Positions 41,389 through 53,565 of a stretch of DNA of 64,000 nucleotides are shown here, in pieces. Numbering within the stretch: position 1 is the first letter of the stretch; every line of letters starts with the position of its first letter. The stretch covers positions 16,802,001 through 16,866,000 of the forward strand of contig NC_135259.1 in NCBI RefSeq assembly GCF_964204865.1, read 5' to 3'. The notes beneath the pieces were generated by a model, which was not told the DNA's origin, ran no database searches, and saw only the letters and a program-made list of their open reading frames with translations. This stretch comes from Styela clava (Eukaryota). Both the position numbers and the translations under genes were made by a program.

Positions 41389-41428
41389 TGTAACGTTTCG
41401 TCTGACCAAGGTCAGACTTCTTCAGACA
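41389..41428 (-). ncRNA. Minimal type I hammerhead ribozyme (minus-strand copy)
   Basis: Exact reverse complement of 41506-41545. Confidence 0.72.
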
Positions 41429-41505
41429 TACATAATTCAACCATCAGACATACCATCATACCATCAGACAACCAACCAGACATACATAATTCCTTGAATT
41501 ATGTA

Positions 41506-41545
41506 TGTCTGAAGAAGTCTGACCTTGGTCAGACGAAACGTTACA
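41506..41545 (+). ncRNA. Minimal type I hammerhead ribozyme
   Basis: UGU-CUGAAGA-A-[GUCUGACC uu GGUCAGAC]-GAAAC-GUU-ACA: conserved core boxes, perfect stem II, palindromic loop-less stem III and 3-bp stem I. Confidence 0.72.
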
Positions 41546-44114
41546 GAAATATATTTGTGTTAGTGTGCAGCAAGACTCTTGAATCACTTAGGATTTTTAT
41601 TCAATACGCATATTTTTTATTTGATTTTATTATATAGTACATTAGGCTCAATTTAATTCGCAGTACTAACTTACATAATCAGGATAAATGCAGCAACAAA
41701 CAATAAACAGGAAATTCCAAAAGAAATCGCGACAACGAACAAGTTTTTCTTGTTTGTAGCTTTATTGGTCATCTGTAAAAAGAAAAAGTCAATGAAAAGC
41801 ATTTCGAAAGCGATTCCATGCTGTAAAAGAATTACTCATTTTTTTTATTCCTTGAAAAAAAGAACGATTAAAATTTGATATGGCATTGCTGTAAAATGGA
41901 TGATTTCATGTGGAAAATGTGATATTTGAATTTTTAGCTGCTGGAGAAGTTTCACCATGCCTGTTTACCATTGTATCCTATTTTTCATTTTCTCTCGTTA
42001 TATTACAAATTAGAATTTAGGTTAATCAAATAAACTACAAACCTTGTTTAGGAACCGCAGGTGACCCTGAAGCAGTCTGGAGTGTTTCGCACGCATTTTC
42101 ACCTTGACCATTCACATAACATTCCATCTTCAAATCAACGCTATATGGTGTGATCTGCTTTCAACTAAACAAAGTCGTGATTCCCATTACCATTTTATAG
42201 AGGATTACAACATCTCATTAGAATTAGATAGCTGTACACGCAAACATTGACGTAACTCAAAAAATATATTTGGTAATATTATCAGTGGGAGTCCGAAACC
42301 ATAATAATGACATTAAACAATATATACTCTTAGTTATATGGTCGTACATATGTCAAGCTAACTGAAGACTTAAATTGTTTTAAATTATAGCTTAAGGTGC
42401 AATGATGATTCTGTAGTTCCATATTATCATTGCGTCAAAGGTGGGAGACGAAACAACTATTTTGCGATAAGCCATAAGAACTAGTTACCGAATATGTTAC
42501 ACATTCTTACTAGAGCTAGGAAATGTTTTCAAACGGCCACTGCTTGCCTTAAGAATATCATGAAATAAATAAGAATAGATCAAATGTTTATATCATATTC
42601 CACATTATAATATATTTACATTTAGACGTGTGCGGATTGACTAAGTGAGGTACTTGATATGAAACCCTTAATTTGCTTCAATATACGTCCATCATATTTC
42701 AATAATATTGTTAGGTCACAGCAGGGAAATAAATATTTTGAATTTCATTCTCCTGCTAGTAAAATCATTAATTCATTCTGAGCTTTACTGAGTTATTCAA
42801 GCTTACTAACATTATTAAAAGCATCTTCTGCTAGATTGATTTTCAGTCCTACACGACCTCAACTGTCAGTTCGAAACGATAATTGGTTGTCAATGCTTGG
42901 TAAATCAATTTCCGATATTTTCCGGCTAAGCGGCGAAGAATTTCATTTTTTTCATTTGTTATCATTATGTCTTTTTTGTCAATGAAATAAAATTCATCAA
43001 AGCCGAAATGCAATGTACATAAAATGCTCTTATCATATGTTATCTTACACAACCTAATTAATGATTATGTCATAAAGACCATATTGTGATAATAATATAC
43101 TTACAATATAAGTATGATTTTGCCACAAGCACAATTTTTTGGGCTCAAAAATTCGATAGATTGTATTTGTTATAGTTTATTAACAACATGTATTACAGAC
43201 TACAGGCAGTTTACAGGCTCACTGATATATTTTATATATCTGGAGTGTCGGAGTAATAAACAACTCTCTCTCACGGAGTCATAAAATGGAAAGCATCAAT
43301 CAAAATTTGTTCAACCTCGGGACACGTCCGGTAGTTTTTAACATTTTCAACTTGCCGACGGGATTGTATTGGTCTAAATAGCAATAGATATTAAGGTTAT
43401 TTCAATAGGATCGATTATCCTAATCAACCGAGAAATACAAAATGTAACACATGATACCACGCACGGAGAATGAAATAATAAATATTCAATAATTGCATGC
43501 TGTAACCCAAACCTGACCGGTGTTTTTGAACTGTAATTGACGTGTATTGAAGCAATTGAGATTTGCATAACAAGCACGTCACATTGCCAACCCATATGCA
43601 GTTCTAAATAATATATGTAATATATGTCTAAATGTATAAAATAATCATAAAAATAGAATGGAAAAAATGTATGCTAAATCGATATTCATTCATATTTGTA
43701 ATCACAATATACATAGGACATTGGCTAGTTTAAAATACGTATTCATTCAAATATCAAAGAAGTAATGCGTCACATATACTGCCACTGGTTCTGTTTTTTC
43801 CTGGCCCACATTTGATGTTGTGTTATTTATCTAAAATTTACATAATTGAGAATACACCTCAAGGTATGATTCAAAACAAATAATGTAATTTGACGTATGT
43901 ACTGTTACATAACCGAGGGTATGTTGTTTTGTGTCATCAGGGTTTTGCCACCCTCTGATAATAATAGCATCGGAATTACGTTGATATGTATTTCATTTGA
44001 CGTGAAATGTTAGCTGATTAATTAAGGTTAGCTGCTAATTCTCTATAAAACGGCTATCGGCACCAAGACTTCGCATTTTAAAAGCAGAACATTTTAGAAC
44101 ACGTTACTATAAAG

Positions 44115-46516
44115 ATGGAATGCTATGAAAATTTTCATAGACAAAAAATAGATGAAGCCCCCCAGTCTGCTTCTGGGCCACCTGCGATACCTAAACAAGG
44201 TTTGTGTTTTATTTGACTCACCCAAGATTTATTTTTCAAATTACATAGTAAAACTAGATAGAATATGTAAACACATAAAATATAACTATTTTTGAGCAAT
44301 GCTGTAAAAAAATTGAATTGATTCATTCGGGTCAAGTATGACACGAGTATTATTCTATATTGTGTTTTCTCTTACGAAATTCCACGTTTGAAATCTTACA
44401 TATATTCGTTTTTTTATAGAGAACAATGAAGGCACAAAAAAGAAAACTTTGATTGTTTCTGCAATATCTTTGGGAATCTCCTTCTTAGTGTCTGTTGCTG
44501 CATTTATCCTGATTATGCAAGTTAGTATAGACATCGTGTATTTTCGATGTTTATTTGTCACTGAAATTAAATTAAGCTCACTACAGCGCGATAAATTAAT
44601 AAAAACTTATAGTATTGAAGAAGCTATTTGTTCTCCACTTTTGAATCTCCATTTATTTGCATTTCTAAATTTATTTTAAGCTTCAAAACGAGATAAAATA
44701 TACGAAGGAAAGATTAGAGAAAATGAGTGAGACTGATTCATCTCTGGCCAACAATATCAACGACACTCAAAAACGTAAGATTTTCAAAAAATTTTCAAAG
44801 CGCCAAGTAAATCATCGATGTTGGAGTTTTATTTAAAAACTTAGGAACGAGTCGAAGCTCTTGAAAAGCTGGAAATGGATGTCAAGTCGTCCCTTGTGAA
44901 GATTTCAAATGAAAGACAACAAAATGAGTCGATATAAATATTATAAATATTATGATTTATTATAATATGAATATAATTAAAATTTAATTAAATATGAATT
45001 TTTAAAATTGCGCATCATTTATTCGCCTCAAGTGCTTGAACACAGTAAAGCGAAAAATATAATCAAATGAGCAAATGAATTAAGCATGGTAATTTGTTTC
45101 AAGAATTTCGCAAACGCTCGCAGCAACAGACGCAAAAGAATACAATATGGTATGTTGAAAAATTTCGTAGAATATCCTATTTCATGAAGTCAGATCGAGA
45201 AATTCTATGCTTTTGCTATTTTTTAGATATTTGAATTAAAATTTCAGGTTCTTTGAAAACAAAAAGTGAGTTGGAAACTTCAATTAAAACAGAAGTGAGT
45301 GAGCTGAACTCCAAAATACACAACGGAGATAATAAATTGGTGAGTTTGTGACTCATAACATGACGTGTTTTATTAGGAAAATAAAATGACTTATAATCAC
45401 GTGGCAACATTAATTCAACTCAATTTATATGTGCTACGTTTTATGAATATCTACTTTTATTACTGAGGAGTTATAAAATTTATTGTTGTACTCAAGAACG
45501 GCTTAAATAACCACATTCCAAATAGAACTTAATTAAACAAAATGCTTGCTTATAATTTTTTTACATTTTATAGTTGGAAAATTTAGTTCATAATATCCCA
45601 GTATTATTTATGCGTAATTTCATTTTATAGAATAAAAGCCTATCTGATACAAATTCGAGAATTACTGAAATGTTTTCGATATCCGGATGGTTCAGAGCGA
45701 GCAATAATCTCATTTACAAACGCTTCACTGATTCTGTCAACTACGCGACTGCAAAGGCTCACTGTGAAGGAATGGGAGCTCGTTTGGTATCGACCGGAAT
45801 TAGGAACAGCCAAAATAAAAGGTCGGTAGGTGGTTTGTGTGAGAAACTTGAGCATATTTCGTTGGGATTTTCCAAAACCTTGCTTTTTATGAAAAATAGT
45901 GTGGATTTAAGTTATCTGTGAATACATTATAAAATGTTACACCACCAATGACATATATGTTTTTAAAAAAGGAAAGCACGCAGATTTACTGGACCTACAA
46001 TGCTTTTTCCAGTAAGGAAAATATATATTTTATACTCCTTTCTAGTGTTCCAAATCAAAGTTTGCTAATTTGAATGTACATTAGTTTTCCGAAGATATAT
46101 TTTGACAAGCTGAAGAGACACGTGCATTGAAATAAGTTGAAATTAATATTCCACATGCATACATTGTGCATTTGCATTTGTACGGTGCTCCTTTCTTCCA
46201 GTAAACTGGTATTTTCAATGGGCATCGAATTATAATAAAAAAACGTCTGTAAATATTAATTTGTTTTCCATTCAGTGAAATATTTCCGAATCAGTATTTA
46301 ACTGGGGCGTATGCATGGATAGGATTGGACGACATCAGCAGTGAAGGAACTTGGGTTTGGTCAGATGGAGCAAATGGTTCACCAAGTGCAATATGGGAAT
46401 CGTTAGAACCAAACGGCGGCAGAAAAGAAAACTGCGCAGTAATCAGATTATCTGGTGTTATTGATGTTGCGTGCTCTGAAATCCATCGACTTGTTTGCGA
46501 AAAGGAATTTGCATGA
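44115..46516 (+). CDS. G9: type II TM C-type lectin receptor, about 267 aa, EPN/VID, single cytoplasmic Tyr
   Basis: Exons 44115-44199 (MECYENFHRQKIDEAPQ...), 44420-44520, 44681-44774, 45248-45339, 45631-45821 and 46276-46516; total 804 nt, open frame. Confidence 0.8.
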
Positions 46517-48946
46517 CGTTTTTCGTATCACGAAATTATTTTTTGTGTTTATTACGAAATTAATTTCTGATATATATTGCAATTTTATTTTTTTGTCTGT
46601 TTATGGGTAAGAAAAATAAACCATATTTATACTTTCAACATTCTAGTGTTTATGATATATATTTTTCATTTCATAAATGTTTTTTAAATTTATTATTTCG
46701 GATTGGAGACCACAAAATTATTCTTTTCCCACTTTCACCGTAAAAGCGCAAAACTAAAATTCAAAATACACATCAAGTAAAAGGATGCTTCAAGTTTAAA
46801 TATGTATTTACCACTCGCATTGATTGAAATTGTGCTAATTGAAGGCAATATGGGGACTTTTTTTCGAATTAGATTAGGTGTTTTAACATTTTATCAATAT
46901 GAACTTTATTTTGTTTAATCAATCATGGAAATTGGCCGTTAGTTACGCTAGAACTGGTTATTTTAAAATCTACATTTCATATTATGATGCTTTTAGGCGA
47001 TAAACGCCATGATGATATTTACCTAAAGTGTTAATGAAAACCATATTGTGTCCATTTACATTAAATTCCCTTCACAAAATGATTGTCATATTGTTTATTG
47101 AGTTATATTAATTTTTGAACTTTTAAAAGTGTATCATCAAACGCTCTTCAAGGTCTGCACGATAAACTTAAACTTCTGACAATGCTACTAGAATAACCTT
47201 ATAAATATATTTCATCTATACTTTTGTATTATTGTTTTCTGCAAATATCTATATCTTTTATCATTTTTAAACGCTTTGAAACTGAATATTTTTGAGAAAC
47301 TTTTTACATAAATTGATTTTCAATATTTGAAAAAGCTGTAACAATTTCATAATTTCTCTTTGAACATGAAACCAAAACACTAGCATAGTATTATGATAAA
47401 TTGTGATAAAAAATTATTAACGTCAGAACGATGAGAGCTTTTGTTTGATAAGTTTTTCTCTTTAGATTTACATTTAGAATTTTACCTTACAGTGATTTGT
47501 TAATTTTACTTCAAAAAGTAAAATCTTTCACATCTAAGCGATAAATTTTCATGGAATATTTTTGCTTCTAGCACTTAGAAATGTACGGAGGACTCAAAAA
47601 ATTGATTTAATCTATATTGTATAATTAATTTTTCATTGGTGTGATGAGTCCTTTTTGGACAGTTCAGTTTTGGAAAATTTATGCAAACATTGAATGAATT
47701 TTGTAGTCAGATAATCTATGTGAAATATTTTCATAATGGAATTTTCAACTTGTTCTGTCATGACTAGAGCAAATGTGTAGCATGGGGGAGCAATGTGCTT
47801 GTGATATGAATCGAATGCGGCTTTGCGGCGTAATCTCATTGCGCCAAGATGAGCCAGGGTTTTTTAGTAAATTTACTAATTTTGGTTGCAGTTTTCCGAT
47901 ATTTCATTACGTTGAATAATTTCACACGAATAATCATGAGCTAGAGAAATTGAAAAACTGATCGTTTCATCCTAAAGAGAAGCAATAAACCTTGACCCTT
48001 CCCTGGAAATTAAAAAATATCTGATAAAAAGAGTAAATCCCGATAAAAAAATGTAATCCTATTTGAATCAGGAATGATAGTCTTTGTGGAACACTCGGCA
48101 TTGAGTATTTTTATCAAACGCATCATTCCATATTTTTTTACCTCCAACAATATAAATAAATCAAAAACCTGTTTGACTATTCCAAAACGTTTGAAATCTA
48201 TTAAAATCTTTCAACTGCGTATTCCAGAGTCTTATTGAAAGCCAGAAGCAAAACGATGTCAATAAAATTCATTTTTATCAACTGTTAAACTTTTAACCGC
48301 ATGGAGTAAAATAATAAAAAAAAAAACGCTAGAAGAATTAAAAAGTAAAGCTAAAGATGAAAACCTAAGTCCCATCAATTGAAAGTGTCAACATTTTTAG
48401 ATTTACAGCACTTTTATTATCCCAGTGTTTAAAATAGGTAGGTATGTGTGCAATAATAGGTTTGTAACAGCTTCGTAATATATTAGTAAATAAATTTTAT
48501 TAACAAAACTTATTTAAACATCACGATGGCGTTTGTCACAAGCATCATGTGTCGAAGGCATTATTGAATGAAATGTAGAATGCGAAATAGACAGTTCGTT
48601 GCGGAACTTCATTTAAATTTTCATCGGTAATTGTTCATTTTAGATTCGAATCTTCATTGGAAAGTTAAAACATCTTTTAACAATTTAACTAAACTCTTTT
48701 AAAATGACAAAAGTATGATTTAATAGCATTAGTCGGATATAATAATGTAGAAAAAAAAAATAATAAAAAAAAATAAAATAATAACGTGAATAACATTCAA
48801 ATAAAAGAAAACAACTTCACATGTTTGATGACTTCAATTTTCCCTATCTTCACAGAGATAATAAATCAAATCTCAGTATTGAATAATACTTGAAAATACA
48901 ATCAAGCAATGTTTTGTGAAAAGAAATTTCATGGAAAAAGTCAACA

Positions 48947-50470
48947 TCATTCAAGTTCCCTTTTGCAAACGAATCGGTGGACATTTAAACAACGGGCATC
49001 ATTAGCAACAATTATTGAATTATTGGTTACTCCTGCGCAGTTTTCAGTTCTACCGCCGTTTGGTTGCCCCGGTGCCCATATTACACTTGGCGTTTCATTT
49101 ACGCCATCCGACCAAACCCAAATTCCTTCATTGCTGATGTCTTCCAATCCAATCCATGAAGAAGCTCCGGTTAGGTAATGTTTCGGAAATATTTCACTGA
49201 AAAGAAAATAATATATTACGAATTAATAGAGTTTTTTGTGTTGAAATTACCATACCGTTTATTTTTTATAAGTAAGTTTTTCTTTTAGACCAACTATAAA
49301 TACCAGTTGATAGGAATATTTAATTTCAGAGAGAGAGGTTGATCATCGAGCCAAAATCGATGACCAAATAATTTGCGTAGTTGTTTCGTATTATCTTAAC
49401 GTCTCACATAATCCGATAACTTACTTTTTCACTTTGCTGCACCTCATCCCAGTCGATATCAAACGAGCTCCCATTCCTTCACATTGAGCATTTGCAGTTG
49501 CATAGTTAACAGAATCAGGGAAACGTTTGTAAAAGAGATTATTGCTTGCTCTGAACATTCGGATATCGAAAACATTTTGGGTAATTCTCGAATTTATATC
49601 AGATAGGCTTTTATTCTTAAAAATGAAATTACACATGAATAATACTTGGAGTTTATGACCTAAATTTTTCAACTATAGAATAAAAGCAATTATAAACAAC
49701 AAATTGTTCTAAGTTCTCTTTAGAATGTGGTTATTCGAATGTTTTTTTGAGTACAAAAATAAAAACCAGTGATCTTGAGTAATAAACGTAGATATTAATA
49801 AAACGTAACACATTTAAAACGAGTACAATTCATGTCGCCCCGTGATAATAAATCATTTTATTTTTATAACAAAACATGCCATATTATGAGTCAATAATAA
49901 ACTCACCAATTTGGTATCCTTGTTGTGTATTTTGGAGTTCAGTTCACTCACTTCTTTTATGATTAAAGTTTTTAATTTTCTTTTTGTTTTCAAAGAAGCT
50001 GAAATTTTAATTCAAAAAGTTGTGCAACCAATAGCAAAAACATAGATATCTGATCTGATCTCATGCAAAAAGATTTTGTGCAAAGATTTTTTAGCATAAC
50101 ATACTATATTATTTTGCGTCTGTTGCTACGAGCGCCTGTGAAATTATTGAAATAATATACCCGTTGAATTCATTTGTTCATTTAATTATATTTTCTGCTT
50201 CACTTTTGGAAAATGTGTTCAATCGGTTGAACGTGATAAATGATGCAAAGTTGAAAATATGTATAACACCAACTCACTTTGTTGTGTTCCACTTGAAATC
50301 TTTGTGAGGGACGTCTCGACATCCGTTTTCACCTTTTCAAATGTTTCGACTCGTTCTTAAGTTTTTGAATAGAAGTTTAACTCTACAATTGATACGTTTC
50401 AAATTAAATTTAAAAGATCTTACGTTTTTAAGTATCGTTGATAATGTTGACAAGAGATGAATCAGTCTCA
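48947..50470 (-). pseudogene. G10: 5'-truncated lectin gene (no tail or TM exons), QPN/AND
   Basis: CTLD-B 49196-48947, CTLD-A 49615-49425 and neck exon 49998-49907 are open. Exon 3 is cut at about 50470 and joined to 3'-flank-type DNA. Confidence 0.75.
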
Positions 50471-51334
50471 ATCAGTATTGCTCTATATTTACGCAACTCT
50501 GTATGTGAGCGTTCATGCACCACAAGATATGTGTTTTATTTGACTATAGTATACCCGGGTATACGGGTAGTATAGCGGGTATACCAGCTAGATCTGGTAT
50601 ATTGGACTAATCCAATAATATTGATTATATTTACAAATGATTTATATATTATATTGCTTTTCTAGGCTACACTTTTGCTATATTATAGATGAACAATGTA
50701 TCTGAGATATATATACAATCGTTAATTTTGATAAAAAAAAACGCAGTTATTAGCGTTCTTGAGCAGAACATAATCAATCGTTATAACTAAGTAATTTTAG
50801 AGCTATAATTAGTATGTATTTGTGTTTTTTTCTTCAAATTTTTTCTGAAGGCTTCTTTACTTCAGAGACTATTGCGTAAAATTTTAGTATGTGTAAAGTT
50901 AGCTCAAGTCAAATATGATTAGAATAAAAAAAATGAAATTATGTTCGAAACTAAAATATTTGCGGGGGTAAATAGTACACATTTGCGAATGTATGTGAAA
51001 ATTAAAATGTCCTAGATTGCAAATACCCATGGGTGCAAATGCCTATTAGATAAAATTAATGCTAGAATCTACGACTGGATTCAAAAGTGTGCAGGTTGAA
51101 TATTCTTGATGCCTGTCTTATTTTGGATTTATTTAATAACCCGACAACAATATGATATAGTAAACAATAAAACATTTCATTTTTCTTCGTAAACTGAGGA
51201 CAACGAAAAGTCTGTTAAAAAGCACGGTGGGGTTTGTATTAGCCACCTTCAAAAAATGCTTGTCGAATAGTTCAAGTAATTCATTAGTAAACACTCATTA
51301 TTCAACTATTTCCTATTATTGTTCATTCTATTCA

Positions 51335-52905
51335 ATTCAAGAGTCTTGCTGCACACGAACAGAAATATATTTCTGTAACGTTTCGTCTGACCGAGATCAG
51401 ACTTCTTCAGACAAGCATTTTACATCTATAACAAGAAACGCAATTGCATGCACATAACTATTGGTTTCAAATGTTGGGTCTGTTTGCGATAGGGAGATAT
51501 AAATAAAATTGGGACAGTGCCAGAACAATAGGAAACTAAATTTGATTTAAAATCAATAGATACCCCACAGTGTAGAGAGTGACAATTAAAAAGAAAATAA
51601 ACAATTTCATGCTGTTATCCCGTAACTCCGACTATGGTATCGCCTAAGTTCATTTAAGGGTCATGGCTGCAATGTAAGGAAATGACTTCAAGAGAATAGA
51701 AATAGAAATCAAGTGTAAGTGACAATGAAATGTAATGTTCAAATTAGCATAAATTGTGAATTTATCCATCTCTTAAATTCATCCCTAGAGGTTCTAATGT
51801 TTTGAATTTGGTAATAAAATAGTTTTTTTTTGTTGCCGGTATACTTGATCTCGATATAGTTTTTCTATTCCAATAGCCTGATTGATTGAAATGTTCGCCA
51901 ACTGCAAGTTCTTTGTTTTTTTGATTGATGCTTCTAATGTGTTCTGTAATTCTGTATTTTAAATGTCTGCCTGTTTCGTACTGCATGCCACACTTTCTAC
52001 GGGTTATCAGGTATATGAAATTTTCTGAATTGCACGTTAGTCTTTGATTGATATTCATTTCAAGTCTTGTGATGCTGCTAGTGCTTGTTTTAGTTTCCTC
52101 TGAATATTTGCAGGTTGAGCATGATTTCCTGTTGCATTTATAGAAACCTGATTTTACTTCTCTTGATGATTCCGGTTTCAACTTGGCCCGAACTAGTCTG
52201 TCCCGTAATGTTGGGCACTTTCTGTATCCAATATTGGGGAGTGCCGGGAAGATGTTTTTCAGTCTTTCGTTGTTGTCTATTATGTATTGATATTTAGAGA
52301 AAAATTTTCCGAGGTTTAGTTGATTAGGATGTTAATTAGTAACGAATGGCAATAGTTGTTGATCATTGTGTTTTCTTTTTGGTGTTAACAGTGAATCTCT
52401 AGTTATTTCTTTTACCATGCCTATTGTTTTGTCAATCGAGGTTTGTTTGTAATTTCTTTCTATCAGGTAGCTTTTCATAATTTCTGCATGCTTGGTGAAG
52501 AATTCTTCCGTTGAACATGTTCTTCTTATGCGTATAAATAGTCCTTTGGGAATGTTTGCAGTAACGTGCTTAGGGTGGCACGAGGAGGGTAGAAGGTATT
52601 GGTGAGAGTCCGTTTCTTTGGTGAAAATTTCAGTTTCTAAATTGTTGTCTATTATATGAACTTTCATGTCTAGAAAGGCGATGTTTTTCGTTGAATAATC
52701 CAAAGTAAATTTAATGTTGAGGTGATTTAGAGAAAAATTTTCCGAGGTTCGGTTGATTAGGATGATAATTAGTAACGAATGGCAATAGTTGTTGATCATT
52801 GTGTTTTCTTTGTGGTGTTCACAGTGAATCTCTAGTTATTTCTTTCACCATGTCTATTGTTTGTCAATCAAGGTTTGTTTGTAATTTCTTTTCATCAGGT
52901 AGCTT
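51335..52905 (-). mobile_element. 5'-truncated Penelope-like element (RT C-terminus, Cys-rich linker, GIY-YIG endonuclease; Neptune-like)
   Basis: IKFT..FLD..KETDSHQYLLPSSCHPKH..IPKGLFIRIRRTCS (52332-52799) and CNRKSCSTC..TCNSENFIYLI..ETGRHLKYRITEH..VGEHF..TLEPLGMN (51762-52181). Internal duplication of about 180 bp (52293-52473 and 52726-52905). Terminal hammerhead present. Confidence 0.9.
51374..51413 (-). ncRNA. Minimal hammerhead ribozyme at the PLE 3' end
   Basis: Reverse complement: UGU-CUGAAGA-A-GUCUGAUCUCGGUCAGAC-GAAAC-GUU-ACA. Confidence 0.72.
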
Positions 52906-53565
52906 CAAAATTGCTTACCCTATGACTTCGCCGTCTTGAGGCAATGATATTTAGACGAAAATCCGTGTTCAATATATATAATTGGTATTCCATGCCACAC
53001 CCTTGCAATAACAACAATTGAAAATTTTAATATTTAACCAATTATAGAAATATAACATAAATTTGAAACAGAATCCAATATTTTTACACATTTAACAATA
53101 CCAAAAATAAAAAAAATTTAAAAGGAATTTCTATGCTAAAAAAGTTGAAAATCTTCTAGCTGAGTATTCTAGTGACTCTTCAAAAGCTAGAAGCAAGACA
53201 GTGTCAATAAAATTCATTTATTAACTGTGAAAAAACCAAATTTCTGGAATAAAATTAACATAGCAATAAAATGGAATTGTGAATCCAAGGAGGAAAACAC
53301 AAATTTCATGAAATAAAAGAGTAAACTCCTTTGAGTTTATAAATATTTGATGAGAATGTTTAAATAGGTTGGTCTTTGTGCATTATTAACTTTAAAACGG
53401 CATTGTAATGTAAGCGGAAAATATCTTAAATCTCATTTTATTCAACTTGATTGTTTGTTTTCTTTTTTAGTACTAAACAATACTTAAAAATAAAATCAAG
53501 CAACAATACAACAACAATAAAACAATAAAATACAACAATAAAAATTTTTTATTTAGAAAAATATA

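Larger units (their letters stand above)
41223..41593. mobile_element. Penelope-derived palindromic insertion in G8 intron 2
   Basis: 11-bp TSD TTTTTATTCAA (41212-41222 and 41594-41604). 102-bp inverted arms (41339-41440 and 41494-41595) are homologous to the PLE end at 51335-51413. Confidence 0.85.
41110..42127 (-). pseudogene. G8: 3'-truncated lectin pseudogene
   Basis: Exon 1 42127-42043 (MECYVNGQGENACETLQ...). TM exon 41772-41671 has a frameshift and a terminal TAA. Exon 3 breaks off at about 41110. Confidence 0.8.

Noticed and set aside
41252-41637. ORFs 41252-41440 (-) and 41347-41637 (+) sharing identical peptide
   Set aside because: Artefact of the perfect inverted repeat; no coding signal.
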